Shown here one piece after another: positions 54,877 to 62,738 of a DNA stretch of 64,000 nucleotides (the stretch's first letter is position 1; every line of letters starts with the position of its first letter). The DNA is from an uncultured Armatimonadetes bacterium (GTDB taxonomy: Bacteria; Armatimonadota; Armatimonadia; Armatimonadales; Capsulimonadaceae). The notes below the pieces were generated by a model. It saw only the letters and a list, made by a program, of their open reading frames with translations. It did no database searches and was not told where the DNA came from. A program made the position numbers and the translations under genes. The stretch is taken from assembly GCA_963835235.1 (NCBI GenBank), contig CAWIET010000003.1, forward strand, positions 182,960 to 246,959, written 5' to 3'.

Positions 54877-55338
54877 CTACATCGTTTTTTTCATCATGCG
54901 ATGATGGCGCATCTTGTGATGATGGCGGCGCATGCTGTGGTGGCGGTGATGGCGCATCATGGCGCGATGGGCCTGCGTCATGGTCTTGCCGTGCATGGTC
55001 AGCAATCGGCCTTTGGGGGTGACAACACGGTTGACGTGCTTGGCGCGGCGGCGGATGATGGACTTCTGGCCGGTCGCCTGGTGCGCGGCGACGCTGGCGT
55101 GCTCGCCACCCTTGCGGACAACGTACTGCGTGGCGCGGGCGGCTTTGTGGCTGGACTTGCTGGCGTTCTCCCCGGCTTTGCGGACGGGATACTGAATGGC
55201 TTTGCCGAGCTTGTGCAGCGTGTTGCTGTCGTGCTTTTCGGGCAGAGCGCCGCGTTCAGGCGTCTGCGCCAGAACAACGGGGGCGAGGGCAAGCGCGCAG
55301 CCAAGAGCGGCGGCAATGCCGAAACGAATGGTCTTCAT
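54877..55338 (-). CDS. secreted basic protein with an internal repeat and a His/Met/Arg-rich tail
   Basis: The signal peptide is MKTIRFGIAAALGCALALAPVVLAQ. The internal repeat is AIQYPVRKAGENASKSSHKA / ATQYVVRKGGEHASVAAHQA. The tail is HRAMMRHHRHHSMRRHHHKMRHHRMMKK. Its start overlaps the upstream stop (ATGA). Confidence 0.6.
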   Translation of the reverse strand: MKTIRFGIAAALGCALALAPVVLAQTPERGALPEKHDSNTLHKLGKAIQYPVRKAGENASKSSHKAARATQYVVRKGGEHASVAAHQATGQKSIIRRRAKHVNRVVTPKGRLLTMHGKTMTQAHRAMMRHHRHHSMRRHHHKMRHHRMMKKTM

Positions 55339-56387
55339 CGGACAAGTTCTCCTTTGGTTTCCCCTATGCCGGGGGAGGCGGATACGATGGCGTCGAGCAG
55401 AACGCGCGGCGGGTGCGGGTGCGGCCAGGCGAACGCATGGCGAAACGCGGCGTCCTGGCAGGCGGTCAGCTGGTCAAAGTTCATCACGTCCTGCGTGAGC
55501 AGGTTTTCATATTCCCAGGGCAGGCGCACATTATGCAGGCCCGCATTGTCGGTGCAAATCGTGATGTCCACGCCCGCCGCTTCGCATCGCTCGAACACTG
55601 TCCGAAGCGCGGACAGGTCGGTTAAAGTTCCCGTCTTCAGGTACGTCGTCGGGCAGACTTCCAGACATTGCCCGCGCCGCGCTACATCGTCCAAGAGTTC
55701 CGGGAACCGAAGCGGTATCTGAATGCCGTGCCCGATGCGCGATAAATAGGGCAACAGCGCCGGATGGCAGCCGTCGGGCGTCTCGTACAGATGGCCCGTC
55801 GTCTTCATTCCCCGCGCGTGGGCATCGCCAAACAAACTCACCCATTCGTCCATGCGCTCGGCATAATAGATGTCCGGCCCGGCGAGGTCAATCCCGCACA
55901 CGTGCCGCGGCAGGCTTTCGGCCAAATCCAGCATGGCCCGGTTGACTTCGGGGGGCAATTGCGAGTGCAGACACAAAATCTGGCGCATAAGCAGCGGGTG
56001 CTTGGGGTCGCGTCCGGCCTCGCCAACTAAAATCACCACGTCCCGCATCTGAGCAATGCGGTCGCGCTGTGACAACTGCGGGTCGGTGCGGTAATACGGC
56101 GTGTGACGCAGTTCCAGATAGCAGATGCCCTCAAACACATACGCGCCGCGCACCAATTTAGACACAAAATAGGCCAGCGTGTCTAGTGTCTGGAACGGTT
56201 CCACCAGCGCGTGCAATTCCAAGTATTCCGCCAGCGACGCGCGCGGGCGGGTGACAAACGCCTCAAACGCCTCATAGGTGGGATACACGCCCGCGAGCGG
56301 GTGGCCTGTTCGCACCAGAAAGCGCCAAAAGACGCGCGGGACGACCGCGCCGCCCAGATGCCGGTGCAGTTCAGCGTGAAGGGACAT
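55335..56387 (-). CDS. adenosine/AMP deaminase-family amidohydrolase
   Basis: The N-terminal metal-binding motif HAELHRHLGG and later GHG / TDN-type motifs (ICTDNAGL). Confidence 0.7.
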   Translation of the reverse strand: MSLHAELHRHLGGAVVPRVFWRFLVRTGHPLAGVYPTYEAFEAFVTRPRASLAEYLELHALVEPFQTLDTLAYFVSKLVRGAYVFEGICYLELRHTPYYRTDPQLSQRDRIAQMRDVVILVGEAGRDPKHPLLMRQILCLHSQLPPEVNRAMLDLAESLPRHVCGIDLAGPDIYYAERMDEWVSLFGDAHARGMKTTGHLYETPDGCHPALLPYLSRIGHGIQIPLRFPELLDDVARRGQCLEVCPTTYLKTGTLTDLSALRTVFERCEAAGVDITICTDNAGLHNVRLPWEYENLLTQDVMNFDQLTACQDAAFRHAFAWPHPHPPRVLLDAIVSASPGIGETKGELVR

Positions 56388-56618
56388 GGGGTGATTATAC
56401 CTGCCTTATTTCATGGGCAGGGAACTTTTCCCGCAGGGGAAACGCTGTAGAATACGTGCCTCACTGTTCACCGGCCTGCGGGCAGGCTGACAGCAAAGCG
56501 CTCAACTTTCTTGATCCTCTGTGGAACATTCTCAACGCGGAGTGCGTCCACAAAGGCACCGAAGCGCAACTCGCTTCTTAACTATAAACCGCTTTCGCAC
56601 ACGAAAGGAAAGACAACA

Positions 56619-57008
56619 ATGACACTCAAGAAGACTGCGGCCACGCTGGCCGCCCTGACTGCGGGCGCTCTGGCCGTCCTGCCTGCCACGTTCGCGCAGG
56701 TTCCGGCCCCGCCCTCCACGCCGATCCCGGCTCCCACTGCGCCGATCCCTGGCGTTCCGACGCCCGGCCATCCTTACGGCGGAATGCGCGGCTACAACCC
56801 GCACAACCCGTCGCCCTACCGCAACGAAAAGCAGCCGAATATGCGTGCGGCGGAGCGCAAACTGGAAGCGGCGATGGACGACCTGCAGCGTGCCTCCGAA
56901 GATAAGGGCGGCCATCGCACGGCGGCCATGAGGCTTATCAACCAGGCCATCGGCCAGCTCAATCAGGGCATTTCCTACGACGATACGCACGGCGGCAAGT
57001 ACCGCTGA
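56619..57008 (+). CDS. small secreted protein, unknown function
   Basis: The signal peptide is MTLKKTAATLAALTAGALAVLPATFAQ, followed by a Pro-rich linker and a helical C-terminus. Confidence 0.5.
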   Translation: MTLKKTAATLAALTAGALAVLPATFAQVPAPPSTPIPAPTAPIPGVPTPGHPYGGMRGYNPHNPSPYRNEKQPNMRAAERKLEAAMDDLQRASEDKGGHRTAAMRLINQAIGQLNQGISYDDTHGGKYR

Positions 57009-57035
57009 AGCGCCTCATAACAGAAGCGCCTCACC

Positions 57036-57072
57036 AAAAAGGCCGCTCCCATCAGTTGGGAGCGGCCTTTTT
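57036..57072. terminator. bidirectional rho-independent terminator between convergent genes
   Basis: AAAAAGGCCGCTCCC-atcagt-TGGGAGCGGCCTTTTT. Confidence 0.8.
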
Positions 57073-57083
57073 GTGTTGCAAGT

Positions 57084-57764
57084 CTACGGCGTTCTTTCCT
57101 CAATGCGCCCGTCGGCATAGCCAATCACCAGCCGCTGGCACAGCCCGACAAACAGGCCCGCGTCCACTACGCCCACCACCCGCTTAATCTCGGCTTCCAA
57201 CTGCGGCGGGTCAGGCAGGGGCGCTCCAAACGCCATGTCCAGCACGAACAGCCCGTCGTCGCTCACAAATGGCCCGCCGTCCGCTGTCAACCGGCGCGGC
57301 GCAGGGACGCCAAACTTTGCCTCCAGACGCGCCTGCGTCGCCGTCCACGCCCAGGAAAGCACGGCCACCGGCAGCGGGAACGCCCCTAATGCCGCCTTCA
57401 CTTTCCCTTCGTCCACCACGATAATCTCCGTCGTGGAGGCAACAGCAGTTAATTTTTCCCGCACCAGCGCCCCGCCGCCGCCCTTAATCAAGCACAGTGC
57501 CGGGTCTACTTCGTCCGCGCCGTCAATGGTGATGTCCAGTTGGGAAATGTCCTCCCACCTCACCAGCGGCAGGCCGTTCTCGCGCGCCAGCGTCGCCGAT
57601 GCCTCCGACGTGGCAAGGCAGCGCAGGCGCAGGTTCTCCTGCCGGGCGCGCGCGCCGATGGCAACAATGGCATACGCCGCCGTGCTGCCGGAGCCGAGGC
57701 CCACCGTCATGCCGGTCTCTACATAGGTTGCGGCGCGTTCGGCGGCTGTCTGTTTAGGGTTCAC
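57084..57764 (-). CDS. rpiA: ribose-5-phosphate isomerase A
   Basis: AAERAATYVETGMTVGLGSGSTAAYAI, IDGADEVD and KGGGGALVREK. The start is placed at GTG 57764. The ORF-track start at 57788 is a TTG only 10 nt from the tRNA. Confidence 0.85.
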   Translation of the reverse strand: MNPKQTAAERAATYVETGMTVGLGSGSTAAYAIVAIGARARQENLRLRCLATSEASATLARENGLPLVRWEDISQLDITIDGADEVDPALCLIKGGGGALVREKLTAVASTTEIIVVDEGKVKAALGAFPLPVAVLSWAWTATQARLEAKFGVPAPRRLTADGGPFVSDDGLFVLDMAFGAPLPDPPQLEAEIKRVVGVVDAGLFVGLCQRLVIGYADGRIEERTP

Positions 57765-57798
57765 GGGGTGTTCAACAGGGGATAGCAAACAAGAAGAC

Positions 57799-57884
57799 TG
57801 GTGCCGAGGAAGAGACTCGAACTCTCACAGGGTTTCCCCCACAGCGACCTCAACGCTGCGCGTATACCATTTCGCCACCTCGGC
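57799..57884 (-). tRNA. tRNA-Leu (GAG), CCA encoded
   Basis: Reverse complement GCCGAGGTGGCGAAATGGTATACGCGCAGCGTTGAGGTCGCTGTGGGGGAAACCCTGTGAGAGTTCGAGTCTCTTCCTCGGCACCA. It has a long variable arm and the anticodon loop TTGAGGT. Confidence 0.9.
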
Positions 57885-58027
57885 GGGCACAGGGGACATT
57901 CTACCCGCCCCGCCGCCGCCCTGTCAAGAACCCGTTACCAATGCCCCCGCAACACGCTCCTCATGCCAAAGCACTGGCAGCAGCAGAGCAGTCATAAATC
58001 AACATAGGGCAAACGAAAGCGTTCCCA

Positions 58028-58096
58028 TAGGCTTTTAATAGGCTTTTAATAGGCTTTTAATAGGCTTTTAATAGGCTTTTAATAGGCTTTTAATAG
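58028..58096. repeat. perfect 11-bp tandem repeat TAGGCTTTTAA x6 plus a partial copy
   Basis: Direct reading: units start at 58028, 58039, 58050, 58061, 58072 and 58083, then TAG. Confidence 0.95.
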
Positions 58097-58253
58097 TAAC
58101 TGCATAGAAACTTGATAGCAAACACATCGCCTTTCCATAGCCCATGCAAGGCAGCGGCAAGGGAAACGCACTGCTTGCACTTGGCAGGAAACGCGGGCGC
58201 GCGCGGCGAACACTCCCAGGACGAAGGCATTGTTAGGCGTCATAGAGGGCGAC

Positions 58254-58574
58254 ATGAGCAGCGCATCACGAACACTGCGGCGCATGAACAAGAACACAGC
58301 CAAACAGGTACAGGCCGCCATTCGCAAGGTGCTTTGGGAGCAATGGGATCCAATTGGCGTCAACGACGAACCTGCCGCCTATGGGGAGTATGACTCCTAC
58401 GCCGATAGCATCTATTCTTTGCTGTTGCGCGGCGTGAGTGACAAAGAAATCGCCCAGTACCTATGGCAGATTGAGACCGTGAACATGGGCCTCCCGCCAG
58501 TCAGCAAGGAACATCTCACGGCAGTTGTCAACGCATTACGCGCCGTAGATTTGGAACCGCCCGGTGCGCCCTGA
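58254..58574 (+). CDS. hypothetical small protein
   Basis: ORF with moderate coding bias (WEQWDPIGVNDEPAAYGEYDSYADSIYSLLLRG). The start is uncertain (58230, 58254 or 58284). Confidence 0.4.
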   Translation: MSSASRTLRRMNKNTAKQVQAAIRKVLWEQWDPIGVNDEPAAYGEYDSYADSIYSLLLRGVSDKEIAQYLWQIETVNMGLPPVSKEHLTAVVNALRAVDLEPPGAP

Positions 58575-58588
58575 CGACGCTTGAAACC

Positions 58589-59218
58589 ATGAACCCACAA
58601 GACGAACCCAACGCGCTGGAAGACACAGACGAACAGAAGCGGCGCAAAGACCTGTTAGATAAACCGCACATGAAGCCGTTGAAAGAGTACGCGGCAGCCA
58701 TTCGCGCCGCGCGCCCCGAAGCAAAGGTGCCCGACTTTGACCCCTGCGACGGCGGCACACGCGCCTGCGCTCTGTTTCTGCTGGAAGCGCCCGGGCCAAA
58801 AGCCGTCAGCAGCGGCTTCATCTCGCGCAACAACCCCGACCCCACCGCTAACAACTTCTGCCGCCTTCTGCAAGAAGCAGGCATTGCCCGCGCCGATACC
58901 GCCATATGGAACATCGTGCCCTGGTACGTTGGCAATGAGGGCGGTACGCACATTCGCGCCGTTAGCAAGAACGATTTGGAAGAAGCGCGTCCGTACCTGC
59001 AAGACTTGCTCACGCTTTTGCCCCATCTCCAAGTCATCGTGCTGGTCGGCAAAAAGGCACTCTCCGCCAAGCGTGAAATCCAGGAACTGACAAGTCGGCC
59101 TATCAAAGACACGCCCCACCCCAGCGCCAGAGTGTTCCGATTTTGGCCGCACAAGGAGGACGAAATGCGCGCGGAACTGCGGCGAGTTGCGGCTATAATA
59201 GACGCCGCAGGAGCGTAA
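58589..59218 (+). CDS. uracil-DNA glycosylase superfamily protein of an unassigned family
   Basis: Motif-A-like FLLEAPGP, a central NIVPWYVG...ARPYLQDLLTLLPHLQVIVLVGKKA and motif-B-like HPSA. It lacks the four-Cys Fe-S pattern of family 4. Confidence 0.55.
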   Translation: MNPQDEPNALEDTDEQKRRKDLLDKPHMKPLKEYAAAIRAARPEAKVPDFDPCDGGTRACALFLLEAPGPKAVSSGFISRNNPDPTANNFCRLLQEAGIARADTAIWNIVPWYVGNEGGTHIRAVSKNDLEEARPYLQDLLTLLPHLQVIVLVGKKALSAKREIQELTSRPIKDTPHPSARVFRFWPHKEDEMRAELRRVAAIIDAAGA

Positions 59219-59223
59219 AAAGT

Positions 59224-59484
59224 ATGAAGACAACGCCTCTTTCTGACAATCCTCTGCCGCAAGCATTGGTAGACGAACTCATGGCCGACGACCTGCCGCC
59301 GGAGATAGATGTAGACTACAGCAAAGCGCGGCCCAACCGCTTCGCCGCGCGCCTCGCGCAAACCCGCACCGTAGAGTTAGACCCGGACGTTGCGGCAGTC
59401 TTCACCACTCCCCAAGCCGTCAATGCCGTCTTGCGCGCCATTATCCAAACCCTGCCGCAAGCCACCCTACGCGAACCCGCCTGA
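59224..59484 (+). CDS. small antitoxin-like (BrnA/CopG-like) protein, tentative
   Basis: DYSKARPNRFAARL...VELDPDVAAVFTTPQAVNAVLRAI resembles ribbon-helix-helix antitoxin C-termini. No toxin partner was recognised. Confidence 0.3.
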   Translation: MKTTPLSDNPLPQALVDELMADDLPPEIDVDYSKARPNRFAARLAQTRTVELDPDVAAVFTTPQAVNAVLRAIIQTLPQATLREPA

Positions 59485-59538
59485 CGCTGTGTCAATGACA
59501 GGCAGGAATTGACCCATCCGGCGGCGAACCCTTGCCCC

Positions 59539-60606
59539 ATGAGCCTTCCTGACCTGCGCGAGCAGATTGACGCCGTTGACGCCCAACTCGTCGCCCTCCT
59601 GAACGAGCGCGCCGCCCTGTCCATTCAAGTCGGACAGGCCAAAGCGCAGACGCCCGACGCCCGCTACTTCGCCCCCGAACGCGAACGGGACATGATGGCG
59701 CATCTGCAATCCCTCCACCCCAATGGCGCGCTCCCCCCCGAAGCCCTGCGCGCCATTTACCGCGAGATTGTGTCCGCGTCTATTGCACTGCAAAAGCCCA
59801 TGACCGTCGCCTACTGGGGGCCGCCGGGCACGTTCACCGAGATGGCCGCGCAGCAGCGCTTCGGCTCGTCCACTCTCTTTTACGACTGCCCCACCATCCC
59901 CGACGTGTTCGGCGAAGTGGAACGGGGACGCGCCGATTACGGCGTCGTGCCCGTTGAAAACAGCACCGAAGGCGTGGTCAACTACACCCTGGATATGTTC
60001 CACGAAACCGAGCTTCGCATCTGCGCCGAGGTCTATGTCGGCATCGTGCAGAACCTCTTAACCCACGCCACCAACCTTGCCCAAATCAAGCGGCTTTACA
60101 CCGGCCCGCAGCCTTTGGCGCAGTGTCGGCGCTGGGTAGACACGCACCTGCCCCACGCCGAAACCGTAGAAGTCATGCCCACTTCTAAAGCCGCCCAGCG
60201 CGCCGCCGCCGACACCGAAGGGGCCGCCATTGTCGCCAAGCGCGCCTCCGAAGTCTACGGCGTTCCCCTCCTTTACGAAAGCATTGAAGACAGCCCGCAC
60301 AACCGCACCCGCTTTCTGGTCGTGGGCCGCAACGAGCCGCCGCCCACCGGCAAAGACAAAACCAGCCTGCTGCTCGCCGTCAAGAACGAGCCGGGGTCAC
60401 TGGGCCGCGCCCTGCGCGCCTTTGAGACGCACGGCGTCAACCTCACCATGATCCACTCGCGCCCTTCCAAGAACGCCGCCTGGGAATACGTGCAGTTCGT
60501 GGATATGCAGGGCCACGAAGCCGACGCCCCCGTGCGCGCGGCTTTGGCTGCCCTCTCCGCGCACACCCTCTTCGCCACCGTGCTCGGCTCCTACCCGGAA
60601 GCGTAA
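59539..60606 (+). CDS. pheA: bifunctional chorismate mutase / prephenate dehydratase (P-protein)
   Basis: CM domain LREQIDAVDAQLVALLNERAALSIQVGQAK, PDT domain VAYWGPPGTFTE...VPVENSTEGVV, and ACT domain TSLLLAVKNEPGSLGRALRAF...ESRP-like HSRP. Confidence 0.9.
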   Translation: MSLPDLREQIDAVDAQLVALLNERAALSIQVGQAKAQTPDARYFAPERERDMMAHLQSLHPNGALPPEALRAIYREIVSASIALQKPMTVAYWGPPGTFTEMAAQQRFGSSTLFYDCPTIPDVFGEVERGRADYGVVPVENSTEGVVNYTLDMFHETELRICAEVYVGIVQNLLTHATNLAQIKRLYTGPQPLAQCRRWVDTHLPHAETVEVMPTSKAAQRAAADTEGAAIVAKRASEVYGVPLLYESIEDSPHNRTRFLVVGRNEPPPTGKDKTSLLLAVKNEPGSLGRALRAFETHGVNLTMIHSRPSKNAAWEYVQFVDMQGHEADAPVRAALAALSAHTLFATVLGSYPEA

Positions 60607-60612
60607 GCAGAT

Positions 60613-61104
60613 ATGGAACTTGTTCCCATCTTCTTTGGCGGCCTGTTCTTTTTGGTCTGCGCGGGCGTGGGCCTGTGGCACATCCTCTTCAAGCGCGGCC
60701 CAATAAGGTGGCGTGGACTATTGATTGCCGCTATCGGGCTGGTCGGACTGGTTCCCCTGCTGATGGTCGCGCCGCCTCCCGTAATAAGCCTGTCCAGCCT
60801 GAGCGGAACTTATGCTGGCACGTTCGGCGGCGGCGAGCAGCAGTTTGTTTTGCATCCAAACGGCGCGTATGAACAGCGTTTCACGGCAGACGGCGGCAAA
60901 GTGACAAACAATCGCGGCACATGGGCATTGGACACTATTCAGCCCGGCAGCCTGGACTTTGAGCATCTGCTGATAACGTGGGATGGCTTCGGGCAGCCGC
61001 AAAAGGCGGAAGTAGGCAACTTTGGCGGAGCTAGCGTGCGTCTGGTGGGCGGCGGCATCTACTTCAACGACGACGCCGACATCTGCATCCGCAGGGTAAA
61101 ATAG
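60613..61104 (+). CDS. hypothetical membrane-anchored protein
   Basis: Two N-terminal TM helices (LVPIFFGGLFFLVCAGVGLW, LLIAAIGLVGLVPLLMV) followed by a soluble domain. Confidence 0.45.
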   Translation: MELVPIFFGGLFFLVCAGVGLWHILFKRGPIRWRGLLIAAIGLVGLVPLLMVAPPPVISLSSLSGTYAGTFGGGEQQFVLHPNGAYEQRFTADGGKVTNNRGTWALDTIQPGSLDFEHLLITWDGFGQPQKAEVGNFGGASVRLVGGGIYFNDDADICIRRVK

Positions 61105-61141
61105 CGCCGTCCACTACACGCCCCGGAAGAATTTTCACTTT

Positions 61142-61720
61142 ATGGCTCTTACGTTCTCACTGGACAGAATGGAGCGCGCGGTGGACAACGTGCGGCGGCG
61201 ATTGATAACAGCGGCGGCGGCCTTAGACACGGCCCATGTTCCCTATGCCATTGCGGGCGGCAATGCGGTTGCGCTGTGGGTGACAACCGTAGACGAGACC
61301 GCCGTCCGCAACACGCGCGACGTGGACATTCTCCTGCGCCGCGCCGACTTACCGCAGGCGCAGGCCGCGCTGGAAGCGGCAGGCTTCGTGTACCGTCATG
61401 TCGCGGGCTTAGATGTCTTCCTGGACGGCCCGGACGCCAAAGCGCGTGACGCCGTTCATGTTGTGTTTGCGGGCGAATGGGTGCGTCCCGGCAAAGCCCT
61501 GCCCGCCCCGGATGTCACCGATGCCGTGCGCGCCGCCGGGGTATCCGTGCTGACGCTGGACGCGCTGGTTGCTGTCAAACTGACCGCGTGGCGAGACAAA
61601 GACCGCGTTCACCTGCGCGATTTATTAGACGTAGGGCTGATTAACCCGGCATGGACGCGCCGCCTGCCGCCCGTGCTCGCCGCCCGCCTGCAAACTCTGC
61701 TGGACACCCCGGACGGGTAG
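61142..61720 (+). CDS. nucleotidyltransferase-fold protein
   Basis: YAIAGGNAVALW followed by RDVDILL (the G[GS]-x-DxD pattern of the Pol-beta NTase fold). Confidence 0.45.
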   Translation: MALTFSLDRMERAVDNVRRRLITAAAALDTAHVPYAIAGGNAVALWVTTVDETAVRNTRDVDILLRRADLPQAQAALEAAGFVYRHVAGLDVFLDGPDAKARDAVHVVFAGEWVRPGKALPAPDVTDAVRAAGVSVLTLDALVAVKLTAWRDKDRVHLRDLLDVGLINPAWTRRLPPVLAARLQTLLDTPDG

Positions 61721-61775
61721 CCGCTGCCTCTTTGCGCCGGGAACCGCCCTGCCCCTCTTTCTTGTTGACTGCACC

Positions 61776-62738
61776 ATGCGCTTTACCAAAATGCAGGGCG
61801 TGGGCAACGACTTCGTGCTGCTGAACGGCCACGATTTGCCCCTGAATGCTGACCTTCCCGCCCTCGCCCGCCAATTATGCGCCCGCCATTTCGGGATCGG
61901 CGCGGATGGGTTGCTGGTAGTGGCCCTCACCCCGCCCGCAGACGGGCGACCCTCTCCCGCTTCGCAGGCGAGGGTAAGACAATTTGGCCTGCTCCTACCC
62001 TCGCCTGCGTCAGCGGGAGAGGGTGGCGCGCAAGCGCCGGGTGAGGGCCTCCTCATGCGGATGTTTAACCCGGATGGCTCGGAAGATATGTGCGGCAACG
62101 GCCTGCGCTGCGTTGGTTTGTGGGCGCATCGGGCAGGCTGGCTGAACGGCACAAGGCAGTTCACCGTGCAGACTAAAGAAGGCCCGCGCCGGGTGCAGAT
62201 TAACTCCGTGAGCGAGGACGGGCAGAGCGGCGTTCTCACCGTCGATATGGGCGTGCCGCGCCTTCTGCCGCAGGAAGTGCCCTTCTGCGGGGCGCGGGGG
62301 GCAGAGGCCGTTATCCGTTACCCGCTGACCGTTGGAGGCGAAGTCGTGCCTATCACGGCGGTCAGCACGGGCAGCACCCACACCGTGATTTTCGGGGACG
62401 CGCCGCCCGATGAAGACACGTTCCAGAGGCTTTCGCCGTTGATAGAAACGCACCCACTGTTTCCCGAACGCACCAGCGTCCTGTGGGCCACGCCGCGCGG
62501 CGGCAGCGAGATTGCCGTGCGTATCTGGGAGCGGGGCGCGGGAGAAACGCTGGGGTGCGGCACGGGAGCGTGCGCCGTTGCTGTCGCCGCCCGGCTTGTG
62601 GGCCTGGCCGACACGGACGCGCCGTTAGACATCATTTCCAAAGGCGGAACGCTCACGATTGACTGGCCCGGCGGGAACGCGGACATTGCCATGACTGGCC
62701 CCGCTGTTGTCGTTTTTGAGGGCACGCTTGCCCTGTGA
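61776..62738 (+). CDS. dapF: diaminopimelate epimerase carrying an in-frame insertion of about 35 aa
   Basis: MRFTKMQGVGNDFVLL, FNPDGSEDMCGNGLRC (first catalytic Cys) and ERGAGETLGCGTGACA (second Cys). Extra residues PPADGRPSPASQARVRQFGLLLPSPASAGEGGAQAPGEG lie between LLVVALT and LMRMFNPDGSE. Confidence 0.9.
   Translation: MRFTKMQGVGNDFVLLNGHDLPLNADLPALARQLCARHFGIGADGLLVVALTPPADGRPSPASQARVRQFGLLLPSPASAGEGGAQAPGEGLLMRMFNPDGSEDMCGNGLRCVGLWAHRAGWLNGTRQFTVQTKEGPRRVQINSVSEDGQSGVLTVDMGVPRLLPQEVPFCGARGAEAVIRYPLTVGGEVVPITAVSTGSTHTVIFGDAPPDEDTFQRLSPLIETHPLFPERTSVLWATPRGGSEIAVRIWERGAGETLGCGTGACAVAVAARLVGLADTDAPLDIISKGGTLTIDWPGGNADIAMTGPAVVVFEGTLAL
61941..62045. repeat. GC-rich palindromic repeat element, copy A, inside dapF
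   Basis: The left arm CCCTCTCCCGCTTCGCAGGCGAGGGTA (61950-61976) is the near-perfect inverted repeat of TACCCTCGCCTGCGTCAGCGGGAGAGGG (61996-62023). A second hairpin is GGCGCGCAAGCGCC (62025-62038). The 5' module matches 21951-21995. Confidence 0.75.

Noticed and set aside
54025-55722. 565-aa plus-strand ORF
   Set aside because: It runs antisense across wzm, the HTH gene, a promoter, a terminator, the His-rich protein gene and part of the deaminase gene, so it cannot be a single real gene.
58528-59361. 277-aa and 203-aa minus-strand ORFs opposite the UDG-like gene
   Set aside because: The plus-strand frame has the UDG-fold motifs and a tidy start/stop arrangement with its neighbours. The minus-strand products are Arg/Ser/Ala-rich with no motif.
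57885-61720. Intact prophage or integrative island at tRNA-Leu
   Set aside because: No integrase, no phage structural genes and no recognisable att duplication are present, and pheA and dapF are interspersed. Only a small accessory islet can be supported.
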